Positions 19,477 through 29,003 of a DNA stretch of 64,000 nt are shown here, piece after piece. Under the pieces are notes generated by a model that saw only the letters and a program-made list of their open reading frames with translations, did not search any database and was not told the DNA's origin. Origin of the DNA: Kiritimatiellia bacterium (GTDB lineage: Bacteria; Verrucomicrobiota; Kiritimatiellia; RFP12; UBA1067); assembly GCA_051884805.1 (NCBI GenBank), contig JBJEWA010000030.1, forward strand, positions 238-64,237, written 5' to 3'. Position 1 is the stretch's first letter. Every line of letters begins with the position of its first letter. A program made the position numbers and the translations under genes.

Positions 19477-21117
19477 TCAGGCGATTTCATTCTGCTTCGC
19501 CACCAGCCCCGCACCGCCGTAGAGCTGGCGGAGCTTCGGCTTCTCGATCTTGCCGGTCGGATTGCGCGGCACTGCCGCGAAGATGATCCGCCGCGGCCGC
19601 TTGTAGCGCGGGAGCGACCGGCAGAAGTCGTTGACCTCCTGCTCGGTCAGCGTCATGCCCTCCCGGACGGACACGACCGCCGCGGCGATTTCGCCGAGCC
19701 GCGCGTCGGGCAGCCCGATCACGGCCACGTCCTTGACTGCCGGGTGCGCGCGCAGGAAGTCCTCGATCTGCACCGGATAGATGTTCTCGCCGCCGGTGAT
19801 GACGACGTCCTTCGCGCGGTCGACGAGATAGATGAACCCGTCGCGTTCCTCGGCCATGTCGCCGGTCAGGAGCCAGCCCGGCTCCTTCTTGATCTCGGCC
19901 GTCGCCTGCGGATTCCGGTAGTACTCCTTCATGACGCCCGGCCCCTTGAGCGACAGCTCGCCGACTTCGCCGGGCCTGACCGGCGTAACGCCGTCCGGCC
20001 CGACGATCTTCGTCTCCCAGCCGTAGCCGGCGACGCCGATTGCGCCGACGTGGTCGATGTTCTCGACGCCCAGGTGCACCGCGCCCGGCCCCGTCGACTC
20101 GCTCAGGCCGTAGTTCGTGTCGTAGTCGTGGGCGGGGAAGACCTGCTTCCAGCGCTTGATCAGCGACGGCGGCACCGGCTGCGCGCCGATGTGCATGAGC
20201 CGCCACTGGCCGAGCTCGTAGTCCGCAAGCTTCACGTCGCCGCGCTCGATCGCGTCCAGGATGTCCTGCGCCCACGGCACCAGCAGCCAGACGATCGTGC
20301 AGCGCTCCTCGGAAACGGCGCGGAGAATCCACTCGGGCTTGACGCCCTTGAGCAGGACGGCCCTGCCGCCGGAGATGAGCGAGCCGAACCAGTGCATCTT
20401 CGCGCCCGTGTGGTAGAGCGGCGGGATGCAGAGGAAGACGTCTTCGCGCGTCTGCCCGTGATGCGCCTGCTCGACCTTGCAGCTGTGCAGCAGGCACCGG
20501 TGCTGGAGGACGATCGCCTTCGGAAACCCCGTCGTGCCGGACGAGAAGTAGATCGCCGCCTCGTCTTCGGGAAACAGGGGGATCGCCGGCGACTTCGCCA
20601 CGCAGTAGTTGACGAGCGAGTGGTAGGACTCGGCGAAGATCGGACAGTCCTCGCCGACGTAGAGCCGGGCCTTCACGCGCGGCATCTGGTCGGCGATCTG
20701 CTCGATGCGGCCGATGAACTCGGGGCCGAACACCAGCGCCTCGGCGTCGGCCAGGTCGAGGCAATACCGGATCTCCTCGGCCGTATAGCGGAAATTGAGC
20801 GGCACGGCCATGCAGCCGGACTTGAGGACGCCGAAGTAGATCGGCAGCCATTCGAGGCCGTTCATGAGAAGGATGGCGATCTTGTCGCCCTGCTTGAAGC
20901 CGCGGCTCAACAGGAAGTTGGCGAAGCGGTTCGCCTTCTCGTCAAACGTCCGCCACGTCATTTCGCGGCGATACGGCCGTTCCGTCACCGACTCGACGAG
21001 TTCGGCGTCCTTCCAGGTCGTGTGCCTGCCGCTGTCCGGCGTGTCGATCTCGACCAGCGCGACGTCGTCGCCCCACTCGCGGGCGTTGCGTTCCAGCATT
21101 TCGGTGATGTTGTTCAT
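19477..21117 (-). CDS. AMP-dependent acyl-CoA synthetase/ligase
   Basis: YFSSGTTGFPKAI (AMP-binding P-loop), TGD...GFIYLVDRAKD and GKIEK C-terminal motifs. Confidence 0.85.
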   Translation of the reverse strand: MNNITEMLERNAREWGDDVALVEIDTPDSGRHTTWKDAELVESVTERPYRREMTWRTFDEKANRFANFLLSRGFKQGDKIAILLMNGLEWLPIYFGVLKSGCMAVPLNFRYTAEEIRYCLDLADAEALVFGPEFIGRIEQIADQMPRVKARLYVGEDCPIFAESYHSLVNYCVAKSPAIPLFPEDEAAIYFSSGTTGFPKAIVLQHRCLLHSCKVEQAHHGQTREDVFLCIPPLYHTGAKMHWFGSLISGGRAVLLKGVKPEWILRAVSEERCTIVWLLVPWAQDILDAIERGDVKLADYELGQWRLMHIGAQPVPPSLIKRWKQVFPAHDYDTNYGLSESTGPGAVHLGVENIDHVGAIGVAGYGWETKIVGPDGVTPVRPGEVGELSLKGPGVMKEYYRNPQATAEIKKEPGWLLTGDMAEERDGFIYLVDRAKDVVITGGENIYPVQIEDFLRAHPAVKDVAVIGLPDARLGEIAAAVVSVREGMTLTEQEVNDFCRSLPRYKRPRRIIFAAVPRNPTGKIEKPKLRQLYGGAGLVAKQNEIA

Positions 21118-21119
21118 GA

Positions 21120-21959
21120 CTAAAGCGCGGCCTCCGTCCAGGCGAGATCCGCCAGCGCGTTCTTCGCCTCCCGCACGAGCCGCGCGTCGGAGGTTTCCTT
21201 CAGCGACGCGCTCTTCCGCAGGACGGAGCGGACGAGCGCCAGAAACTTCTCCCGCTTCTGCCCGTCGCGCGGACCGAAGGTCGGCGCGTCCTTGGCGCGT
21301 TTCGCAAAGGCGACAAGCTCGGCGACCTTCTTCACGTCCGGAATGCGGGCGAGTTCCCGTTCCCGCTCGGCGTAGGCCTTCGCCTCCCCGGGGAGCTTCC
21401 GCTTGAAGTCGGCCAGCCGGTTGTAGGCGCGCGCCGGCAGGTTCTCCAGTTCATAGTCGAGGAAGCGCCGCCACTGCTTCGGGCTTTTCGGGGCGTCCAT
21501 GTCGGTCAGCGCCGTAACGACCGCCTGGGTGGCGTTCCGCTCGTCATGCCCGAGATAGACGACCCGGCCGGTCTCGTCGACGACGTAGAGCAACGGCAGG
21601 CGGCCGGTGTGCGGCTCGCCCGCGCCCAGGCCGGCGTCCGCATAAAGCGGGAAGCTGACGCCCTCCCCCGCGGTGGGCAGGCGGAGGGAGCCGCCCGCCG
21701 CGTCGCAGTCCAGCGGTGCGCCGAGCATGACAAACTGCTTGTTCTTGAAGCTCTGCCAGACTTCCTCCAGCCGCTCCGCCAGCTTCCAGCCCGCCGGATC
21801 GCCGGCGCACCAGTGCGCGACCAGCACGACCTTTCCCTGCAGGTAGCCCGCGCTCGCCTTCCGCCCGCCGAGGGCGTGCGCGGCATCCAGATTCCGCCAC
21901 TCCACCGCCGCAGGCGCGGAAAGCGTCCAGACCGTCAACAGCAGCCACAATGTCTTCAT
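21120..21959 (-). CDS. secreted thioredoxin-fold-like hypothetical protein
   Basis: Signal MKTLWLLLTVWTLSAPAA. The start is uncertain: an alternative ATG lies at 22019, and the track start at 22034 sits inside a -10 box. Confidence 0.5.
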   Translation of the reverse strand: MKTLWLLLTVWTLSAPAAVEWRNLDAAHALGGRKASAGYLQGKVVLVAHWCAGDPAGWKLAERLEEVWQSFKNKQFVMLGAPLDCDAAGGSLRLPTAGEGVSFPLYADAGLGAGEPHTGRLPLLYVVDETGRVVYLGHDERNATQAVVTALTDMDAPKSPKQWRRFLDYELENLPARAYNRLADFKRKLPGEAKAYAERERELARIPDVKKVAELVAFAKRAKDAPTFGPRDGQKREKFLALVRSVLRKSASLKETSDARLVREAKNALADLAWTEAAL

Positions 21960-22032
21960 CTTGCGCAAACGTGTCTCATCCCGAAGCCGGCGACAGCCAC
22001 ACCGCCCGGGCGCCACCATCGACTTGCGGGAC

Positions 22033-22041
22033 ATTATAGCA
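22033..22041 (-). promoter_or_regulatory. extended -10 box TGCTATAAT
   Basis: Minus strand reads TGCTATAATG. The final ATG is the ORF-track start, which is therefore unlikely to be used. Confidence 0.45.
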
Positions 22042-22221
22042 TAATCACGGCTGGCAAGGAATCACGGCTCGCAATCGGACGCACGGGCGCACCGAGAATC
22101 TTACGCAAGCTTTTACGCTTTCTTGGGGGCTCTTTCCCGCTCACCTGTACGGTTCCATAGAATGTCGCCGCAACCCTTGATATGATGGCCAAACCATAGA
22201 TTCGCTCCGCATAAAAGCCCT

Positions 22222-22249
22222 AACGGATAGGGGCGAACGGATAGGGGCG
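22222..22249. repeat. perfect tandem direct repeat, 2 x 14 bp AACGGATAGGGGCG
   Basis: Read directly. It contains CGGATAG at 22224-22230 and 22238-22244. Confidence 0.95.
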
Positions 22250-22264
22250 CAAAGGGGCCATCTG

Positions 22265-22301
22265 CTGTGTTCGCACAGGATTTTTTTTTTTTTTCTTTTT
22301 T
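22265..22301 (+). terminator. short UUCG hairpin followed by T14-C-T6 (plus-strand orientation)
   Basis: CTGTGttcgCACAG, then GGA, then T14 C T6. Lies 20 nt beyond the helicase stop. Confidence 0.35.
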
Positions 22302-22321
22302 GTAAGCTTGCACTATGAAGC

Positions 22322-25300
22322 TCATACGATGCCAGATTCCTTCAACAGGGAGAAAGCGATTTCGAGGTATCTGCGGGCCTTGGCGGTCAAGGTTTGCCAG
22401 CCAAACAACCGAATCGTCTCGCGGTAAAGTTCATCTTGATGGCAGCCTCCAAGATCCGTCAGAATCTCCACCATTGCATTCATCAGTTCTTCCGGCGGGA
22501 TTTCCTCGATGGACCGCTTGCTATTCGGATCCTGCGAAGGCACGCGATAATCATGATACTCTGCCACCGCAGCTTCCTTCGGCCAGTAGACCTTTCCCGT
22601 TTCATGCTCGGTAACAACAACATCCGCAGGAACACAGGTGTCAAAAACACGTTGTACGCCCTCAGTCATGCGGGACAGGCCCCACGCCTTGCTGACACGT
22701 CGGCGAACAACGGTTTCGTAAATTGGCCACTCCTGTTTCACGACCTCTCCAACCATCTGCGAAATCCGTTGGCGGGAAGACGCTTCATAAAAGTAATCGT
22801 GAAGGTAGATTGACGGGCTTTGCCAGACAACGTACTGCTTATGGCGCGGACGCACTGCATCTGCAGGCATAGGCGCATTCTCCGCAGCCATGTGAGACTC
22901 GCCGCCGTCGGGGGCGCTCTCGGCCGCCTTCTCCAGCGCTGGTTCTTCTCGCGCCTGCTGAATGAGTTCAAGCAGATGCGATTCTGCGCGTTTGCGGTCA
23001 TATGCCCAATCAACGCTCCACACTCGACACATATGCCAACCGAGTCCGTTTAGCACGGCAGTTCGATTGACATCACGATCCTGCGCGGTAAACTGCTCGG
23101 CATAAGACCGCCCGTCGCATTCAATGCCCATCAGATATTCGCATGGGTTTTCGGGAGCTTTGACTGCGACGTCAATGCGGTACTCCGAACAACCGACGTC
23201 ACGCTCGACCTCATATCCGTTGCTTTCCAGGAAATGCGCGACAACGGAACCAAAATCATCCGCCGCCCGCTTCACCGCGCTTTCGCCCGGCCCAGCCGAA
23301 CCGCGTTCGGCGTATTCGAGGAACGCCTTCAAGTGACCGGCGCCGACAGCCCTGGTTCGACCACCTTCACCCGCATCGATGTCCCTGCCATGAATTGACG
23401 CGAAGACTATCACCTGCTCTCTGGCACGGGTAACGGCAACATTCAGCCTCCGCTCTCCGCCAGCCAGATTGAGCGGTCCGAAATTCATGGTGAACTTGCC
23501 GTTTTCGTCTGGCGCATACCCGACCGAGAAGAGAATCACGTCGCTCTCGTCGCCTTGGACGTTCTCAAGGTTCTTGACGAAATACGCGCCCTCGCCCTCT
23601 TCGGGCAGACGCTTCTCAAGTATCGGATCCGCGCTGCGTCGCTCTTCAAGCAATGTGCGAATGAGTTTCTGTTGCGGTTGGCTAAACGTCACGATTCCAA
23701 TGGAGCGCTGTTTGTAATCCGCTTTCCTGACTTCCGCACAGATATAATCGACCAGAGCTTCGGCCTCCACAGTATTTACGCGCGACCCTCGTCCGTTGCG
23801 CGCGAAAACGCCGTTCTTCACAAACTCAAATTTAACTCCCAGACGCGCCGAGTTACAGGCCGCAGGGAATGTGTACAGCTTGTTCGAGTAGTAGTGTTCG
23901 TTGCTGAACGCGATAAGTGCTTCGTGCCGACTACGATAATGCCAATTGAGATAGGTTGAATAGACACCCGCCACAAGGCACTCGTCAAGGATGCTCTCTT
24001 GATCTGAAATGGACTCGTCATCCGCGTCCGCGTCTTCGATGTCGCCCTTTTGGAAGAAACTTGTCGGCGGCATCTGCTTTGGATCGCCCACCACAATCAG
24101 CTGCTTCCCTCGCGCAATCACCCCAATGGCATCCCAGACGGGAATTTGAGATGCTTCGTCAAAAACAATCAGATCGAACGGAGCCGTGTCCACTGGCAAG
24201 TATTGGGCGACCGACAACGGACTCATCAGGAAGCAGGGCTTGAGCATCGGAATAAGTGTGCGCGACTCGGCAAGCATCTGTCGGACGGCTTTTTGCCGCG
24301 TCTTCTTTTCGCATTCGCGCTTGAGCATCCCCAATTCCGACCCTTCGGGACACGGGCCGCTTCTCCGTCTCGGCAATGTCGCCGCCAACCTCGCAAACAC
24401 AACCCGCTTCGCGAGTGTCGTGTACTTTCGGTCAAGTTCCCGGAATCGCTCAATCCGTTCTTCCTGCGTCAATCCGGTGAATTCGGACAAAATCTTGTCT
24501 TGAGACAGAATCATCTCCAGCATTTTCGACGCATATGAAGCATCGAAAAGTCCTCCGACATCCAGGCAACCGTCGTCGTTCGCCATCAGATAGTCCGCGA
24601 ACACCCCCATGCCGAGTTCTCGCACGCGCGCCAGTGCCGACCGACACCGAATGACATTGCGAAGGTCGGCTATGTTCTCGACGAAAGAACGACACGTCGA
24701 CACAAGTTCGGGCAAATTGGCTGGCAGCAAGGCCACGTCGACAAATTCGTCCAGAGCAGAGACGAGTTCCTTTAATTCCTTGTCTCGGGAAATCGCCTGT
24801 TCGAAATCATCACGGATGTCTGCCGCAATCTCAATGGTGTCGTCAATTGAACCGCCAGCCTGTTCAGCATACTGCGACTCAATCGTCAAAAGCTCCCGGA
24901 TCTTTGGCAGGTCGGCGGCGAGTCCGGCAGCGGTGAGTTTTCCTCCGCCGAGCTTCACAATTGAGGACAGTTCCGCAACCAATGCCCTGTCTTTGAAGAA
25001 TCTGAAGACGAAGAACGATTGAGCGTTGGCAACGAGCCGACTCTCAACCGAATCGACATCAACCTCACGCAGCTTCTCAATTCTGTAACGCGAAAGCTCT
25101 CCCGCCAATTTCGCATGCGCATCGACCAGCGAGGCCAATTTCTGAAACACCGCCGGTTCGGCCAATCCGCATTGGGGTTGGAAACGGCTCGGCATCCGCG
25201 ACGCCGACCGCAATCGCCGGATAACATCCAGCGCCGCATTAACGGCATCGGCATTGTAATCCTCGACAAGTCCTATCTTGCAATACGCCTGCCGCAATGC

Positions 25301-27976
25301 CTCAAGGGCGTTCTCGGCAGCGATCGCAACCTTTTCAGTTGCCGTCTTCAGTTGACGCTCAAAAACGGGGGACCACGTCGTCGTTCTCAATTCTGGCGTC
25401 ACCTTGAGCGCGATTTCCGACGCCGAGCGAAGATGTGACGACAAATCCAAGACGCTCTGACGCGAATCCCTGTAGGCGTCTCTGCTCTGTTCGAGACAGT
25501 TTACGGAAACAAGTTCAGGCTGAGAATTCCTGTCGGACTGAATAATCCTCGTAAAACAATCGTAGGCCGTCAGCCCATTCGGGTACGAAGCATGGAGATC
25601 CTTGATGTAGCCGTTTAGCTCGCTCCGGCATTTCTCGAAGTCTGCGACAACCTGATTCCATTCGCCAGGGGCAGGCGTTTCCGGCACGTTCAACGCCTCT
25701 TTGATTTGCGCGTAGAACCTGCCTTTTTCCGTTTTGTTGGAATGCAGCTCAAGGCAGAATGGCGTCAGGCCGATCCTATCAAGGCGATCCTTCACGACCT
25801 CAAGCGCAGCCTTCTTCTCGGATACGAACAAGACACGACGCCCCAAGGCAAGATTATGGGCGATGATGTTCGTGATGGTTTGCGACTTACCGGTTCCAGG
25901 AGGACCATGCAGGACAAACGATTTGCCCATCTCGGAATACAGGACAGCGGCCAACTGGGACGAATCATAACTTACCGGGCAAAAAAGCTCTCCGGGGTTG
26001 AAATGCTGCGCGACCTCATCAGCCGGGAACACATTGATCCCGTCGTCGAAACAGCCGCCGCCGCCGATCAGATGATTCACAAGCGGACTTGCCTTGAGAT
26101 CGTCCACCCGTTCGGTCATGTCTTTCCACATGACAAACTTTCCAAAAGAGAAGCACCCGATGTAAGCATCATCGCGGACTTCCCATCCTTCCATCTCCTT
26201 CACCGCCTGACGAAAGATCTGAAGGATCAGCGCAACATCCACGCCAGAATCGTCCGTCGGCAATGGATCAAGCCCTGGCAACGTCAAGTTAAACTGTGCG
26301 CGGAGAAATTCGATTAAGGTCGCATTGATCGTCGTGTCCTCGTCAAGCCGAAACAGCTTAACGCCCTCGGCCATTGACGCGCGAGCCAATCGGACGGGAA
26401 CAAGCAGGATCGGCGCACGATAACTCTTTCGATTCGACCCGGTTCCGGGCTCTACCCACTGAAGCGTGCCGATAGACAGGAAGAGCGTGTTGACGCCGGA
26501 TTCCTCCAATTCGGTTTTTGCATCGTGTAAAAGATCCGAGAGCCGCTTTCTCACTTCGCTCTGCGGCATCATGACGCAAAGGCGGTGATGCGTAAGCTCT
26601 GCATCGACAATGTTAGAACATTGCTCCCGCGTGAGGCGATTGTTCAGCAGATCATCCAGCGCCTTCTCCCCCATTGACTCGGCAATGGAACGAATGGTAA
26701 TCGTTTCGTTCGCCGCTATCTGATCTTCAAGGCCGGAAACGTTTGCACAGACAAGGGGAATGATCTGCCGGGACGATTTCGGGATGTTCAGCAAACGATT
26801 ACGCGCTGAAAAATCGAGAAGCTTCTGCGTCCACCGGTCGATTCGTCCTTGCGTACCCTGTGCTTCCGGAAGCGCCGAAAGATCTATGCTTTCCTTGAGG
26901 TTCCTGACGAGGCCATTCCCCTCGGCGTCTACTTGACGTCCCGCGGCCATATATGCTGCCGAGCCGCCCCCGACGCCGCACGTGATCGGCCTTATGCCGC
27001 TTTCGCGACTGCGAACGACATCAATGGCGCACGTAAAAGACTCATCGTCCGAAAGGTGCTCTCGCCCGCATCGTTCCGCTTCGTTGAACGGCGTATCCGT
27101 TGTGACCTTGGTTGTCTCAATGGCGACAAATTCGTCAAGATCCGCGCGCTTGCGCAGCGCCTGCAGATTCCAGGTGACAACGTCCTCGAACATCTCCTCA
27201 ATCAGGTGACATCCCACATAGCAATGCCCCTTGACGAGTATCAGCACAGGATGCAGTTCGCACTTTTCCATGACTGATGCCATGAGCAGCGATGTTTCGA
27301 TGCACGTGCCGAGTTTGAATTTCTCAACCGTGTCGGCCAGACGGATCTTCTGTCCCGGAACGCCGAACGATGACGGCGGATTGCAATAGCGTATTCCCGT
27401 TTTCTGAATGGCCGAATAAATCGCCGCGCAGATTTCCAGCACCCGTTTCTTATCGCCTTGATACCCCTCCAAAGACGATGCGCCAGTTGACAGTTCGATT
27501 TCATGCGCAGCCTCCGCCTGAAGACGATTCACGAAATCTGCGTTCGGCTGCGCATAGGCTGACAACAACTCGGCATATGGACGGATTCCCAGCCATTGGT
27601 CGACCGCCAGCACCGTCATCGGAAAATCTTGGCGAAACAGCTCTCGTCCCGACGAGGAAACGATCATTGAGACGTGACCCGTGATCGGGTCGCCCGACAC
27701 TTCGGCGATGCGTCGCGCGTTTAGAAGAATCCCTACATTCGCTTTCCCGGCAGTCCCATGCGGGGGAATTTCCTTGAACGCAACCTCTCCGGGGATGACA
27801 AGCTCTTCGTCCGATGCAAAAGCGCAAACGACATCCCTTAGCGGATCATCGGTCGTGTTGTTGATGCGCAGATTCTGTATCGCAGGAAGGCCATTCTGGA
27901 CAAGTGCCAGATTAACATATTCCAAGACATCGACACCCGATATTGGCGTTTGGGACTGCGTCTGCGCATCTGCCAT
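22322..27976 (-). CDS. 1884-aa multidomain protein: transglutaminase/papain-like N-domain, DUF4011-type region, Upf1-like SF1 helicase, PD-(D/E)xK (DUF559/Vsr-like) nuclease, DUF3320-type C-terminus (Hhe-like defence helicase architecture)
   Basis: Motifs seen: GTCIETS...KGHCYVG...FVAIETT; LHGPPGTGKSQT (Walker A); LIVFDEASQ; VGDPKQMPP; NWHYRSRHEALI; LNVAVTRAREQV; YRIDVAV...MGIECDG...RDVNR...GWHMCRVWSVDW. Confidence 0.85.
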   Translation of the reverse strand: MADAQTQSQTPISGVDVLEYVNLALVQNGLPAIQNLRINNTTDDPLRDVVCAFASDEELVIPGEVAFKEIPPHGTAGKANVGILLNARRIAEVSGDPITGHVSMIVSSSGRELFRQDFPMTVLAVDQWLGIRPYAELLSAYAQPNADFVNRLQAEAAHEIELSTGASSLEGYQGDKKRVLEICAAIYSAIQKTGIRYCNPPSSFGVPGQKIRLADTVEKFKLGTCIETSLLMASVMEKCELHPVLILVKGHCYVGCHLIEEMFEDVVTWNLQALRKRADLDEFVAIETTKVTTDTPFNEAERCGREHLSDDESFTCAIDVVRSRESGIRPITCGVGGGSAAYMAAGRQVDAEGNGLVRNLKESIDLSALPEAQGTQGRIDRWTQKLLDFSARNRLLNIPKSSRQIIPLVCANVSGLEDQIAANETITIRSIAESMGEKALDDLLNNRLTREQCSNIVDAELTHHRLCVMMPQSEVRKRLSDLLHDAKTELEESGVNTLFLSIGTLQWVEPGTGSNRKSYRAPILLVPVRLARASMAEGVKLFRLDEDTTINATLIEFLRAQFNLTLPGLDPLPTDDSGVDVALILQIFRQAVKEMEGWEVRDDAYIGCFSFGKFVMWKDMTERVDDLKASPLVNHLIGGGGCFDDGINVFPADEVAQHFNPGELFCPVSYDSSQLAAVLYSEMGKSFVLHGPPGTGKSQTITNIIAHNLALGRRVLFVSEKKAALEVVKDRLDRIGLTPFCLELHSNKTEKGRFYAQIKEALNVPETPAPGEWNQVVADFEKCRSELNGYIKDLHASYPNGLTAYDCFTRIIQSDRNSQPELVSVNCLEQSRDAYRDSRQSVLDLSSHLRSASEIALKVTPELRTTTWSPVFERQLKTATEKVAIAAENALEALRQAYCKIGLVEDYNADAVNAALDVIRRLRSASRMPSRFQPQCGLAEPAVFQKLASLVDAHAKLAGELSRYRIEKLREVDVDSVESRLVANAQSFFVFRFFKDRALVAELSSIVKLGGGKLTAAGLAADLPKIRELLTIESQYAEQAGGSIDDTIEIAADIRDDFEQAISRDKELKELVSALDEFVDVALLPANLPELVSTCRSFVENIADLRNVIRCRSALARVRELGMGVFADYLMANDDGCLDVGGLFDASYASKMLEMILSQDKILSEFTGLTQEERIERFRELDRKYTTLAKRVVFARLAATLPRRRSGPCPEGSELGMLKRECEKKTRQKAVRQMLAESRTLIPMLKPCFLMSPLSVAQYLPVDTAPFDLIVFDEASQIPVWDAIGVIARGKQLIVVGDPKQMPPTSFFQKGDIEDADADDESISDQESILDECLVAGVYSTYLNWHYRSRHEALIAFSNEHYYSNKLYTFPAACNSARLGVKFEFVKNGVFARNGRGSRVNTVEAEALVDYICAEVRKADYKQRSIGIVTFSQPQQKLIRTLLEERRSADPILEKRLPEEGEGAYFVKNLENVQGDESDVILFSVGYAPDENGKFTMNFGPLNLAGGERRLNVAVTRAREQVIVFASIHGRDIDAGEGGRTRAVGAGHLKAFLEYAERGSAGPGESAVKRAADDFGSVVAHFLESNGYEVERDVGCSEYRIDVAVKAPENPCEYLMGIECDGRSYAEQFTAQDRDVNRTAVLNGLGWHMCRVWSVDWAYDRKRAESHLLELIQQAREEPALEKAAESAPDGGESHMAAENAPMPADAVRPRHKQYVVWQSPSIYLHDYFYEASSRQRISQMVGEVVKQEWPIYETVVRRRVSKAWGLSRMTEGVQRVFDTCVPADVVVTEHETGKVYWPKEAAVAEYHDYRVPSQDPNSKRSIEEIPPEELMNAMVEILTDLGGCHQDELYRETIRLFGWQTLTAKARRYLEIAFSLLKESGIV

Positions 27977-27980
27977 TTCT

Positions 27981-29003
27981 CTACTCCCGTTTGGTCGTCT
28001 TCATCTCCGATCGCATTTCGGATATTTGTGCGATCAATGCCTTGAGCATCTCCCCTTGCTCACGCAGAAGCGCATCATGCTCAATGTCCTTCTCGCGCCG
28101 CAAGGCAAGTTCGCTTTCGTGCCGACCATCGCTTTTAGCCCTTGCTTCGGCTTCAGCGGCCAATCCTTCGTGGCCGATCTGCTCCATAAGGCCAGACGCG
28201 ATAATGCCTGAAGGAACCGCTACTGCCGCCACGCCCAAAAGTGCAATAAACGCACCGATAATCCGTCCCGCCATTGTGACAGGATAGATGTCTCCGTATC
28301 CAACGGTGGTCAAGGTAACTACCGCCCACCACAATCCGCTAAACGCATTTTTGAATACGGCAGGCTGCGCATCATGCTCAACAGTGTAAATAAGCAACGA
28401 CGAAACAAGCATGAGCAGCAACACCAGAATCACCGAACCGATCAGTTCGCGCCGTTTCGCCCTGACGACATTCCCAATTGATTTGATGGCATCAAAATAA
28501 CGATTCAATTTCAGGATGCGCAAAAAGCGCACAAGGCGGAGTGCTCTCATTCCAAACATCGCCCCCGGAACGAACATCGGCAGCCAGAACGGGAGAATGG
28601 CAAGCAAATCTATGATCGCCAAGGAAGAGCAGACGTAGCGAACTCGCGACATCAGCCTTGAACTTCTCGGGTAGAGACAATCTGCCGTCCAAACACGAAG
28701 CAGATATTCGACGGTAAATAGCAATGAAACCCCATAGTCGAAGATGGTAATAGCCCTCTGCCACACTGGCGGCAGCGCCAAGGTCGCCACATAAACTGAA
28801 ATCACGCTGCCAAGAATAAGCATGGTGATGAAAGCATCAAAAAACCGGCTTACTCGCGATGTTCCACGATCAGGCTGAATGATCTCGAAAATCGTACGCT
28901 TCATCAGGGCATAGCCGCGCAAAGGAGCATTAGGCAAAACACCAGATTTCGCGATGTTTTTCGCAGCACATCCTTCGACATTATTAGCCATAATTGACGA
29001 CAT
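27981..29003 (-). CDS. voltage-gated-type (6TM) K+ channel with C-terminal coiled coil
   Basis: S4-like MRALRLVRFLRILKLNRY. Selectivity filter TLTTVGYGD. The stop is 4 nt before the helicase ATG. The true start may be the ATG at 28991, because the 29003 ATG lies inside a TATAAT box. Confidence 0.85.
   Translation of the reverse strand: MSSIMANNVEGCAAKNIAKSGVLPNAPLRGYALMKRTIFEIIQPDRGTSRVSRFFDAFITMLILGSVISVYVATLALPPVWQRAITIFDYGVSLLFTVEYLLRVWTADCLYPRSSRLMSRVRYVCSSLAIIDLLAILPFWLPMFVPGAMFGMRALRLVRFLRILKLNRYFDAIKSIGNVVRAKRRELIGSVILVLLLMLVSSLLIYTVEHDAQPAVFKNAFSGLWWAVVTLTTVGYGDIYPVTMAGRIIGAFIALLGVAAVAVPSGIIASGLMEQIGHEGLAAEAEARAKSDGRHESELALRREKDIEHDALLREQGEMLKALIAQISEMRSEMKTTKRE

Noticed and set aside
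22113-22325. 70-aa minus-strand ORF in the island junction
   Set aside because: It runs through the poly-A/T tract (KKEKKKK) and the repeat units. It has no ribosome-binding site, and its composition is unlike coding regions on either side.
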